From IMG/VR virus record IMGVR_UViG_3300020577_007794: a DNA stretch of 64,000 bases; one strand, written 5' to 3'. How positions within the stretch are numbered: position 1 is the stretch's first letter; each line of letters starts with the position of its first letter. Positions 28,804-37,148 of the stretch are shown piece after piece. The position numbers and the translations under genes were made by a program. The notes beneath the pieces were generated by a model. That model ran no database searches, was not told the origin of the DNA, and saw only the letters and a program-made list of their open reading frames with translations. The DNA comes from a virus (lineage: Duplodnaviria; Caudoviricetes).

Positions 28804-29415
28804 ATGGTTGCTACAGAAAATACTACAATAATTAATGACTCTACTGAATTAGCAAAAGCTGTAATTGCATTTAGAGAATCGAATGATGGGAAATCCCTCC
28901 ATGCTACTCTTGCAAAAATGGTTTACACTGCTTTTTCAAAACAAGGCTATAATCTTACAAAATTAAGAAGGGAAGAAAGAGAAGATCTAGTCTCTGATAT
29001 GGTGGAATTTGCTCTTGGAAAGCTTCATAAAAAAGTGGCTTCCCCTGAGGATAGATCTTTCGAAGGTTTAAGGGCTTGGAATAAAAGTGCCTTTAACTTT
29101 TTGATGATCAGCCTTAACTACCAAATAATGTATGTCTACAGGCAGAAGAAGAAGAGAGCCCATCTTTTAGATAGAAACTCTCACAAGATACTGCTCTCTG
29201 CATCCCCAACCACAAGAGAGTATTACGACATTGAGAGTTCATCTGAGAACTTGAAGACCCAATTTAGCAACCCGCTAGATGGTCAGGTTGCTATGCTTCT
29301 TGCCCAACAATACAGCAAAGTTGATATCTCAAGAGAACTAAATATTACACTTAAAAAGGTATATGCCTCAATAGAGAGGATAAAAAAAGAGTTATCGGAC
29401 AATATTGATATATAG
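28804..29415 (+). CDS. sigma-70-family-like transcription factor
   Basis: REDLVSD region-2-like segment and C-terminal HTH YSKVDISRELNITLKKVYASIERIKKEL. Confidence 0.6.
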   Translation: MVATENTTIINDSTELAKAVIAFRESNDGKSLHATLAKMVYTAFSKQGYNLTKLRREEREDLVSDMVEFALGKLHKKVASPEDRSFEGLRAWNKSAFNFLMISLNYQIMYVYRQKKKRAHLLDRNSHKILLSASPTTREYYDIESSSENLKTQFSNPLDGQVAMLLAQQYSKVDISRELNITLKKVYASIERIKKELSDNIDI

Positions 29416-29418
29416 ACC

Positions 29419-29766
29419 ATGGTTTCAATGTCTTTGAATGAGGCGGTTTCATTATTTGTAACTGCGAAAAGCGAACCTGGAGACGAAGTAGTTATCTCCA
29501 TTACGTATAACGGGGAAAGTAAGCCCCTTGTCTATTTAGATACTGCAAAGTTTTCTAGAGATACGGGAAAGACCGTGGAGTCGAGGCTAGACCTCACTCC
29601 CTACCTGCATGACAAATATAGGTGGAAGACAGAGATTCCCTCCGGTGGGGAAGTTTTGGATGGATACCATTCTTGGAGTGAGTATGTGAAGCAGTTCCTG
29701 CTTCCTGCAGTAGCAAGTGTCACCAATGCAGGTCTTAGAAAATTAAAGAAGGTAACCAAAATTTAA
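29419..29766 (+). CDS. hypothetical protein
   Basis: ORF in a tight operon. Confidence 0.55.
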   Translation: MVSMSLNEAVSLFVTAKSEPGDEVVISITYNGESKPLVYLDTAKFSRDTGKTVESRLDLTPYLHDKYRWKTEIPSGGEVLDGYHSWSEYVKQFLLPAVASVTNAGLRKLKKVTKI

Positions 29767-30230
29767 TGACAAATCCATTTTTCGACCACGATGAGGAGGA
29801 AGATATGAGACCACAACTTCCACCAGAAACATTAGTTATCAACGGTTCCAGGAAGTCAGGGCAGTATGTAGTAGTATCCCAAGCTGCGGAAAAAGATCCA
29901 GTCAGAGACGCTCTTATGCTAGAGGTCTTCCTATCGACCAACCTTCCAAACAAAACTCTTGTCATCTTAGCAAAACTTCTAGCTGATAGAATGGCACAAA
30001 ACGAACAGTTGATGGCCCAACTAACAAGAAAGCCACCTGAGGAGCCAAAGAAAGAGCAGGACTCCTACGGGTTCTCTCCACCACTAACTGATGAAGAAAA
30101 AGAGTTTCTCAAAGAGGTTGATGAAGTTATAAGGGAAGCCTTCGAACGAGAAAAATCAGATGAAACAAAACCACCTAAAAAGCGAGGTAGGAAGCCTAAA
30201 AAAGAAGGTGGAGAAACTAAAGAAGACTAA
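29766..30230 (+). CDS. hypothetical protein with an AT-hook-like basic tail
   Basis: KPPKKRGRKPKK near the C-terminus; TAATG coupling. Confidence 0.55.
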   Translation: MTNPFFDHDEEEDMRPQLPPETLVINGSRKSGQYVVVSQAAEKDPVRDALMLEVFLSTNLPNKTLVILAKLLADRMAQNEQLMAQLTRKPPEEPKKEQDSYGFSPPLTDEEKEFLKEVDEVIREAFEREKSDETKPPKKRGRKPKKEGGETKED

Positions 30231-30423
30231 ATCGGTATCTGGTAGTGGGGGACTCTCGTGGTCTCCCCCTAATGGTGGTGAACAGGTGACAATATTTGGG
30301 CAGACCTGCACAGTAATAACCAACCAATTATACCCCGACATGCTCATTATACTCACAGATAATGAAGTCCTAACTTTGAAGAAAGGATTCTACCCTTTAC
30401 GAGAAAAAAGAAATTACTACTAG
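30160..30423 (+). CDS. hypothetical protein
   Basis: 87-aa ORF filling the gap before groES. Confidence 0.45.
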   Translation: MKQNHLKSEVGSLKKKVEKLKKTKSVSGSGGLSWSPPNGGEQVTIFGQTCTVITNQLYPDMLIILTDNEVLTLKKGFYPLREKRNYY

Positions 30424-30424
30424 T

Positions 30425-31042
30425 ATGAAGTACAAACCACTTAATAACTATCTATCCTTGAAAATGATAGACAAAGCAGAGCAGGATATTCTTGTTCCTG
30501 ATCTCCTAGCTGCAGAGGATAGATGGGCAAATGTTTTAGAAGTAGGTGTAGGTGTTCCAGATATGAAAGGCAATCTTATAACTAGTTTGCTTGCTCCTGG
30601 AGATATTGCATATGTTATGGCACACGGTAGAGAGTTGGTCAGACTTAACTCTGCAGGGTTGGGGGAAGACATCTTCACAGCCAGTGAGCTCGATGTTATG
30701 TGCAAAGCCGAATTAGTTAAAGAAGAAGATAAGGAAGAAATTGTAGACGTGAAAATAGTTCCCCTTGGCATGTTTGTTGAGATTGAGAAGGTAGAACCAC
30801 CGAAGCCCAGTGTTCTTATAGTAGAGAGTAAAGCAGTTCCACCAACAGTTGCTGTAGTAAAGTCTGTGGGTGTTGGCTGGAAAGACTTCTTCGGAAACGA
30901 AGTTAAGCACCAAGTTAAGCCTGGGGATAAAATTGTTTTCGATCCTTACAAGGCCATGGTGTTAGATCTAGCACCTTTAGGCATAAAAGAGAAAAGATAC
31001 CTAATCCTTCATGGTGATATATGGGGCAAGGTAGAGGAATAA
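30425..31042 (+). CDS. groES: co-chaperonin GroES with two tandem Cpn10 domains
   Basis: Domain 1: KPLNNYL...VLEVGVG...LAPGD; domain 2: VPLGMFV...VKSVGVG...VKPGDKIVF...YLILHGDIWGKVE; 205 aa. Confidence 0.8.
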   Translation: MKYKPLNNYLSLKMIDKAEQDILVPDLLAAEDRWANVLEVGVGVPDMKGNLITSLLAPGDIAYVMAHGRELVRLNSAGLGEDIFTASELDVMCKAELVKEEDKEEIVDVKIVPLGMFVEIEKVEPPKPSVLIVESKAVPPTVAVVKSVGVGWKDFFGNEVKHQVKPGDKIVFDPYKAMVLDLAPLGIKEKRYLILHGDIWGKVEE

Positions 31043-31043
31043 G

Positions 31044-31469
31044 ATGAGAAGTTTAGACGAAATTTTAGCAGACTCAGCACGAGTCCAATACGAAGAAAAG
31101 TTGACCCAACTATTGGATGTCAATGAGTGGACGGAAGATAACAGAGACACTAGGCTTTTAGATGCGTTTGCTGTTATTAAAGATATCAGTACTCTCTCAG
31201 AAAGTGTTGTGAAACAATCTCTCGAGACCCTTATTGAAGGTGAATCAGTTATTGCACTCACAGTGAGAAAAGAACTTCTTTATGGCCTAATCACTTTCCT
31301 TCAGACAGTCAGATCTAACATTGATCTTATGCCGCAAGAAGAAGTTGATGCTTGTGCGTATAATTACACTTGGCTGAATGATAAGATAAGACTGCTCGTA
31401 GATGCGGTAAATGAACTAGAAAGGGATACGTCTAATGCTATGGCTGTTTCCCCAGTTGAGGATCTTTAA
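31044..31469 (+). CDS. hypothetical protein
   Basis: Helical acidic ORF in the operon. Confidence 0.55.
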   Translation: MRSLDEILADSARVQYEEKLTQLLDVNEWTEDNRDTRLLDAFAVIKDISTLSESVVKQSLETLIEGESVIALTVRKELLYGLITFLQTVRSNIDLMPQEEVDACAYNYTWLNDKIRLLVDAVNELERDTSNAMAVSPVEDL

Positions 31470-31903
31470 TGCAAGCCGGTAATGTAGCTAGGGGGTATCT
31501 GTATCCTAACAATATGACATCCAGGTGCCCTATGTATTCACAGTGCAAGGTGACAGGTAAATGTCAGAGTTATGACAAACACTCCCTTATTTGCACTGTT
31601 TGTGAGCAAAGAGTTAGACCAGCTGCATATCTTGGTGGCTTTCTCCCAGAAGGTGAATTTGAACCTGATATCCAACAAGCTATGGTTGTTATTCAAAATG
31701 CTATGAATGCACCTATGGCAACCCCAGACTCTGACGGACAGAGAGTTGCTCAAGTGGATATGGTGCAGCAGAAGAAGATAGAACAAGCAAACGCAGTTAT
31801 GGATAGGATGATGGAAGCTGGTAAGATGACTCAAACTATGGAAGATGAGATTATCAATGTTTCCCCAGAAATTGCTGCACAGCTAGAAGACTTGAGGTAT
31901 TAA
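31469..31903 (+). CDS. hypothetical protein with a Cys cluster
   Basis: CPMYSQC...C...CTVC. Confidence 0.55.
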   Translation: MQAGNVARGYLYPNNMTSRCPMYSQCKVTGKCQSYDKHSLICTVCEQRVRPAAYLGGFLPEGEFEPDIQQAMVVIQNAMNAPMATPDSDGQRVAQVDMVQQKKIEQANAVMDRMMEAGKMTQTMEDEIINVSPEIAAQLEDLRY

Positions 31904-32358
31904 TGCCAGCCGGTAGACCAAAGAAAGCACAATCAGAAAAAGTTATACACGAACCTAAGGTAGTTTCCAAGCCTATTATGATTAATGTAGGCTTTGACAA
32001 CATGGTTATGACAGATCAGATTGTGGCTCTCCTTGATTACCGATCTATACCAATGAGGGAATTAATCAAGTCCGCTTTATCAGAGCGACCTAGATCTGTC
32101 TTAAAAGTGACAAAGGGTAGGAGAGCTGTTACTCTCATAATCTTGACTGGGGATCGGTACGTCCTTTCCGCAATCCCCAGCAAGAAACTACAAAGCAGAC
32201 TTGGATTGAATAATGAGGTAAGAGTTGCAGAAAGCAATATTGCACGGAATGAAGCCAAAAAAGAAAGAGCCATGGCCAATAATCGAGATAATGGGGCCTC
32301 CGAACACGGGGAAGAAGATGATAGCCTCTCTGGTAGCCCAGAGACTGATGGGGCATAA
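31903..32358 (+). CDS. remA: RemA/DUF370-family regulator
   Basis: MINVGFDNMV...SIPMRELI...TKGRRAVTLIILTGDRYVLSAIPSKKLQSRL matches the RemA pattern INIGFGN...SAPIKR...T.GRRTR......LSA. Confidence 0.8.
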   Translation: MPAGRPKKAQSEKVIHEPKVVSKPIMINVGFDNMVMTDQIVALLDYRSIPMRELIKSALSERPRSVLKVTKGRRAVTLIILTGDRYVLSAIPSKKLQSRLGLNNEVRVAESNIARNEAKKERAMANNRDNGASEHGEEDDSLSGSPETDGA

Positions 32359-32893
32359 TCTCAGTTTACCCCTACTTGATTTTAACAGTATAACCGGGAG
32401 TGCTCTTATACACAGCATCTCTCAACACGCTCAAGACCTAGAAAAGAATCCCCATTGGTGGGCTCATATTTATGCCGCCAATATTCATGAGCAAGCACAC
32501 AAACTCTCAGAGTTAGTTGAAACAGGCCCAGTAGTCACCAGCAATTATTACCACTCATTTAGGGTCTGGATGAGGGCTGCTGGTATGAAAGATCTCTCTG
32601 GATTTTTCGGGCCACTGCCCCTTCCAAAACACACATTCCTTCTTCACGGAGCTTCCTATAAAACAAAGAGTGTGGAAGGTGATTTCTCCGAGGAGTTTTT
32701 GTTAAAGGTTAACCGGGGGATGATGGGACCGAGAACCGGAGCAACTACAAAAATTCTTCTGGAGCAATATTCAGATAAGGAGGCTTGGAAAGCTTTTAAT
32801 TCTGCTGCTCAGGAAATCACCCAAGTTTTAGAGAAAAAGTACAAGCTTCCAGTAGATTACGGACAACTTTATACCCACCTGCTAAGGAATTAA
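32249..32893 (+). CDS. thymidylate-kinase-like P-loop protein (degenerate)
   Basis: IIEIMGPPNTGKK P-loop, YAANIHE, VVTSNYYHS in place of DRY..S; ORF track start 32225, ATG at 32249. Confidence 0.55.
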   Translation: MKPKKKEPWPIIEIMGPPNTGKKMIASLVAQRLMGHNLSLPLLDFNSITGSALIHSISQHAQDLEKNPHWWAHIYAANIHEQAHKLSELVETGPVVTSNYYHSFRVWMRAAGMKDLSGFFGPLPLPKHTFLLHGASYKTKSVEGDFSEEFLLKVNRGMMGPRTGATTKILLEQYSDKEAWKAFNSAAQEITQVLEKKYKLPVDYGQLYTHLLRN

Positions 32894-32896
32894 TTA

Positions 32897-33634
32897 ATGA
32901 GCCTCCCTAAAGTATTAACAGCTACATTGCTTTGTGATAGAAAGAAGTACTCACAAAATGTTGCCCCACCTGCCCTCTTCAAACTTAAATACCCTAACAA
33001 TACTCTTTACTTCAATATAGAAACTGAGGACTATGATGCAAACTACCAAGACCTCCAAAAAATGATAGAGGCAAACCCAGATAAGTCTGTTGAGATTGAT
33101 ACATGGAAGTTTCAAAGTACTTGGTGGAAGAAGCCAGCATTTGATCAAGACCAAGCTAGATTGGTCCCAATATGTACAGCTAGGAATATGGCTATTGATT
33201 GTGCCAGTCTAACTGGCTGTGATTATCTGTTCTTTGTAGACGCTGATGTTATTCCATCTGCGGATTCTATCGAGAGATTGATGGCCCACGATAGACCAAT
33301 TGTATCTGGCACTGTACCTGGAAGGGGCGCACATAGCCATGGCAGCTACATTTTCCACCCGAGAGGTTACCCTAAACCAAACGTAGTCAACACAGCTCAC
33401 GCTACTTGTGGCTATACACTTATTAAGAGGGAAGTTTTTGAACTTCTTAGATTCAGACAGGGGCCACACCCAATTCACAAAGAAACACACCTTTCAGAAG
33501 ACCCAGCTTACGGGGCTGATATGGAATGTATCTGGAAGTTCTGCGACGGGTGGTGGGTAGATTTAAGCCTCCTGGCCGCGCATGTAGATAATTTAAATGA
33601 TCCGCTAACACTTGATAAGGTGGCTCAGTTTTAA
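32897..33634 (+). CDS. glycosyltransferase (GT-A/GT2-like)
   Basis: ARNMAI, DYLFFVDADV DxD motif, GYTLIKREVF, SEDPAY. Confidence 0.8.
   Translation: MSLPKVLTATLLCDRKKYSQNVAPPALFKLKYPNNTLYFNIETEDYDANYQDLQKMIEANPDKSVEIDTWKFQSTWWKKPAFDQDQARLVPICTARNMAIDCASLTGCDYLFFVDADVIPSADSIERLMAHDRPIVSGTVPGRGAHSHGSYIFHPRGYPKPNVVNTAHATCGYTLIKREVFELLRFRQGPHPIHKETHLSEDPAYGADMECIWKFCDGWWVDLSLLAAHVDNLNDPLTLDKVAQF
33571..33589 (+). repeat. direct repeat copy 1 (CCTGGCCGCGCATGTAGAT)
   Basis: 18/19 identical to 34443..34461; flanks the HNH gene. Confidence 0.85.
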
Positions 33635-34506
33635 TGATAATAGTTGAAAAAGTTCCAGATTGGTGTCCACACACCCCAGAGTTGGTATCTTCTAGTCTTT
33701 TTCCTGTTGAGGAAAAAAGAAAGTGTAGATGCGTTTGCCCCAATTGTGGTGAAGGTAGAGTCCTATCTAAGGACAACGTGATTAGATATGTTAGATTAGG
33801 TGAGTTCACTGGTTTATGCACAGCTTGCGCTAAAGCCTGCCACAGTGAAGCTACGGCATCCCTTCCAAACGTAATGGATTGGGATTTTTCTAAAGCACCT
33901 GATTGGGTTAAAAGATGGGCACCTTATATTGATGGATTAGAAGATAGGGCGAATTCTTTTAAAAAATCATTAGTTTTTTGGGGAGAAAGAGGGGGGAAAC
34001 GAAGGCTTTGCATAAAGACTTCTTGTATTAGATGCAATAAAGAAAGGGTGCTAGTGTACAACGATATACAGCAGTGTATGCGGCGGGGACATTTTTCTTG
34101 TACTTGTGCTAAATGCTCCCTCCTACTGCGTTCATCTAGTCCTGGGGGCAAAATTATTTTGTCCAGTGGGTATTGTTACATACCTATGTCTGCAATACCA
34201 GAGGAACACATTCATCTAGTTCCAAAAGGAAAAATTAGGAGCGGTATTCTAGAACACAGATATGTTATGTCTATTCATTTAGGGAGACAACTTTTGAAAA
34301 CCGAGCATGTCCACCATATGAACGGAGTGAAGGACGATAATAGAATTGAAAACTTAGAGTTATGGACAACCTCTCATCCATGCGGACAGAGAGTAGTGGA
34401 TAAGATCAAGTGGGCAAAAGAGTTTCTTAAACAATATGAAGACCTAGCCGCGCATGTAGATGATCCATCCAACCCCCTAACGTGGGAAACAGCATCCCAA
34501 TTCTAA
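33634..34506 (+). CDS. HNH homing endonuclease with N-terminal Zn ribbons
   Basis: LEHRYVM...EHVHHMNGVKDDNRIENLELW; several CxxC pairs. Confidence 0.9.
   Translation: MIIVEKVPDWCPHTPELVSSSLFPVEEKRKCRCVCPNCGEGRVLSKDNVIRYVRLGEFTGLCTACAKACHSEATASLPNVMDWDFSKAPDWVKRWAPYIDGLEDRANSFKKSLVFWGERGGKRRLCIKTSCIRCNKERVLVYNDIQQCMRRGHFSCTCAKCSLLLRSSSPGGKIILSSGYCYIPMSAIPEEHIHLVPKGKIRSGILEHRYVMSIHLGRQLLKTEHVHHMNGVKDDNRIENLELWTTSHPCGQRVVDKIKWAKEFLKQYEDLAAHVDDPSNPLTWETASQF
34443..34461 (+). repeat. direct repeat copy 2 (CCTAGCCGCGCATGTAGAT)
   Basis: Start of a duplicated glycosyltransferase 3' end fused to the HNH ORF. Confidence 0.85.
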
Positions 34507-34507
34507 T

Positions 34508-34954
34508 ATGGGATTAGCGGACACAATATCAAAACTACTCTGTAACAAAAGATGGGATTACAGAGTAGATATTTGCTTAGAGAGAACTAAGTTTTTCGCT
34601 TGGGAATCCGATATCCTCATTCTCAACAAATCAAAACACCTTGAAGAGGTTGAGATTAAAGTCAGTGTCAGTGACTTTAAAAGGGATTTCAAAGATAAGA
34701 AGGCGAAACATGATAAGCTTTCAAGAGGGCTTACTCCTATAGCATATTTTTGGTTTGCTGTCCCCAACACAATAGCAAAAGAAGTTAAACCACTCCTTCC
34801 ACCCTATGCCGGTTTACTAGTAATTAACATAGAGGGTTTTTACAATGTCACTACATATGTACAAGCACCAAAACTGTCTGGTGGGAAAACTCAAGGATTG
34901 GCCATGGAGAATAAACTTCTTAAAAAGATATATAGAAAAATGTGGAGAATGTAA
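34508..34954 (+). CDS. PD-(D/E)XK nuclease-like protein (MmcB-like)
   Basis: ESDILIL...EVEIKVSVSDFKRD...YFWFAVP...PPYAGLL. Confidence 0.65.
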   Translation: MGLADTISKLLCNKRWDYRVDICLERTKFFAWESDILILNKSKHLEEVEIKVSVSDFKRDFKDKKAKHDKLSRGLTPIAYFWFAVPNTIAKEVKPLLPPYAGLLVINIEGFYNVTTYVQAPKLSGGKTQGLAMENKLLKKIYRKMWRM

Positions 34955-35649
34955 TGAGAGAAAAGAAGATTGCAGCAGCCTGGTTAACGTACAACAGGCA
35001 AGATTTATCAGACTTTATGGAGAAGCAATTCTTGAAGAAAGAAATGCTGTCCAATGTAGATTTATTCGTTATTGATAATGGTTCTACCACACCTATTACA
35101 GCAGAGACAGCCACAGTTCTTAGGAAAGAAGAGAATGGCTTTTTCTCAGGTGGGTGGAACTGGGCTATGGAGAAGTTCATTGAACTGGGCTACGATTATG
35201 TTTGGATGATGAATGACGACATCCAAGGTGCCAGTTGTAAGAACATAGAATCAATGCTCCACGTATTCGATGTTAGACCGGAAGCCATGGCTGTGACCCC
35301 AGCCTTCAATTCCCCTCACCACCCCTTCCACCCATCCGCTGGACTCAATGGTGACGGTAGAGAGGTTAAGTGGATTGATTGGTGCTGCCCGATGGTTAAG
35401 TGCATAGCGTGGGAATATGCTAAGGGATTTGATGAAAGATTAAAGGGGTATGGTGCAGATCTTATTTTGTGTAGAGCAGCTAGGGAAATGGGATTTAAGT
35501 TTTATGTGGATGATTTATTCATTATCTATCACTTAGGTTCTCAGACAGCTAATTCTGAAGGTATGGTTCAGGAAATGTGCAACACCGGTGAGATGGATAG
35601 ATTGTTAAAGGAATACTATAACGTTGACGCATGGTGGGAGCTTACATAA
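34954..35649 (+). CDS. glycosyltransferase family 2
   Basis: LTYNR, VIDNGS, NGFFSGGWN, WMMNDD, GFDERL.GYG.D; TAATG start (track 34942). Confidence 0.85.
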   Translation: MREKKIAAAWLTYNRQDLSDFMEKQFLKKEMLSNVDLFVIDNGSTTPITAETATVLRKEENGFFSGGWNWAMEKFIELGYDYVWMMNDDIQGASCKNIESMLHVFDVRPEAMAVTPAFNSPHHPFHPSAGLNGDGREVKWIDWCCPMVKCIAWEYAKGFDERLKGYGADLILCRAAREMGFKFYVDDLFIIYHLGSQTANSEGMVQEMCNTGEMDRLLKEYYNVDAWWELT

Positions 35650-36437
35650 TGGTTATAGATGCTTTTCTATTTTACAATGAATTCGAATTATTAGAATTAC
35701 GGCTTGAGGAAATGGGGCCTGTAGTTGATTATTTTCTTATCCAAGAAAGTCCTTTCACTTTTACAGGTAACAAAAAAGATCTGGTACTAGCGGACAAAAA
35801 TAAATGGCCAGAGTTTATGAAGAAGTGGGGGGACAAAATCAGAGTAGTTTCCACCCCCTTAGATAGGCTTCCATGTGAAAACCCATGGGAAGAGGAAGCA
35901 TTTCAGAGAAACTATTTAGAAGTTAACTTAGAAAATGAATTCCGGCTTTCTATTGATAGTGGGGTTAATAAAATAATCGTAAGTGACGTAGATGAAATTC
36001 TACGAAGATCCACAATCACCAACCCCCTTGAATCAAAGATAGCCTGGGCTATACTGGACACCTATTACTATGGTATTAACCTAAAGGGTGGAGATAATGA
36101 TTGGCCAGCACCTTTCATATACTACCATCATGTAAAGCCTGAAGGCACGTTTGACGCACTTAGACGAAAAAGATTCCAGGGCCCCCATATTCATTTTGCT
36201 GGATGGCATTATTCATATGTCATGTCCCCGAAGAAAATAATAAACAAGATTAATTCCTTCTCCCACACAGAGTACCGAAATGACTATTATATGGACCTTA
36301 ACAGAATAGAGACTCTTGTAGAAGAAGGTAAGGATTTATTCGACAGAGGGGTTACATATATAAAAATTCCAGTAGACAGTACTTTCCCCAAATGTGTTAG
36401 AGAGAACCCAGAGAAATGGAAACACTTGATGCGATAA
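35649..36437 (+). CDS. GT17-like beta-1,4-N-acetylglucosaminyltransferase
   Basis: DAFLFYNEFELLELRL, VDYFLIQES..TFTG, E..QRN, SDVDEI, GWHYSY; TAATG start (track 35631). Confidence 0.8.
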   Translation: MVIDAFLFYNEFELLELRLEEMGPVVDYFLIQESPFTFTGNKKDLVLADKNKWPEFMKKWGDKIRVVSTPLDRLPCENPWEEEAFQRNYLEVNLENEFRLSIDSGVNKIIVSDVDEILRRSTITNPLESKIAWAILDTYYYGINLKGGDNDWPAPFIYYHHVKPEGTFDALRRKRFQGPHIHFAGWHYSYVMSPKKIINKINSFSHTEYRNDYYMDLNRIETLVEEGKDLFDRGVTYIKIPVDSTFPKCVRENPEKWKHLMR

Positions 36438-37147
36438 AACCAGCAATAGCTGTTCTAACATGGAACAACTTAAAATGCTGCACAGATTCAATTAAGACAT
36501 GGGAAACCTTCGGCATTACAGATAATGCGGAGAAACTTGTAGCTATAAATCAGTCTAATTTCGCATATGAAGTGGCTATGAAAGAAAGAAACTTCTTTCC
36601 TATTCCATTCCCTACAAATGTAGGCATTGCGATTGCTTTCAGAGAATTAGTGTTTAATACAAAAAGCCCATATCTTATGTTTCTTGAACATGATTGGAAG
36701 ATTCTCTCTGATGTTGATGCAGTTAAACAAATTAGTGATTCCTGCAAACTTCTAGAATCTGGTAGAGCAGATGCAGTGAGACTGAGGCATAGAACCAATT
36801 ATGGTGAGCCACTTTACACTATCCCTATCAAAGATCACATTGCAGAAACACACCCCCACCATTTAATGGATTGCCCCCATTGGGAAGAAGATCCTGTTGG
36901 GAAGTACCCAGATGTTTTCTGGGAAGATCAAATTGACACTACAAGGTTTATCTTGTGTAAAGCCAAGAACGGAGCTTTCACTAATAATCCAACTATCTAC
37001 AAGACAGAGTTTCTTAAAAAACATATCGTACCCCTCAGTGGCATCCCAGGCGGAACACTAGAGTCTGATATACAGACTTGGTGGTGCGAACAAGACTTTA
37101 ATGTAGCAAGACCATACGAAGGCGTTTTCACACACGCACCCACATAA
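36416..37147 (+). CDS. glycosyltransferase (GT-A/GT2-like)
   Basis: VLTWN, NVGIA, YLMFLEHDW, FTNNPTIY. Confidence 0.7.
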   Translation: METLDAIKPAIAVLTWNNLKCCTDSIKTWETFGITDNAEKLVAINQSNFAYEVAMKERNFFPIPFPTNVGIAIAFRELVFNTKSPYLMFLEHDWKILSDVDAVKQISDSCKLLESGRADAVRLRHRTNYGEPLYTIPIKDHIAETHPHHLMDCPHWEEDPVGKYPDVFWEDQIDTTRFILCKAKNGAFTNNPTIYKTEFLKKHIVPLSGIPGGTLESDIQTWWCEQDFNVARPYEGVFTHAPT

Positions 37148-37148
37148 T

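Noticed and set aside
33571-34506. HNH insertion as a group I intron
   Set aside because: The whole interval is coding with no room for a ribozyme core, and the GT is complete without splicing
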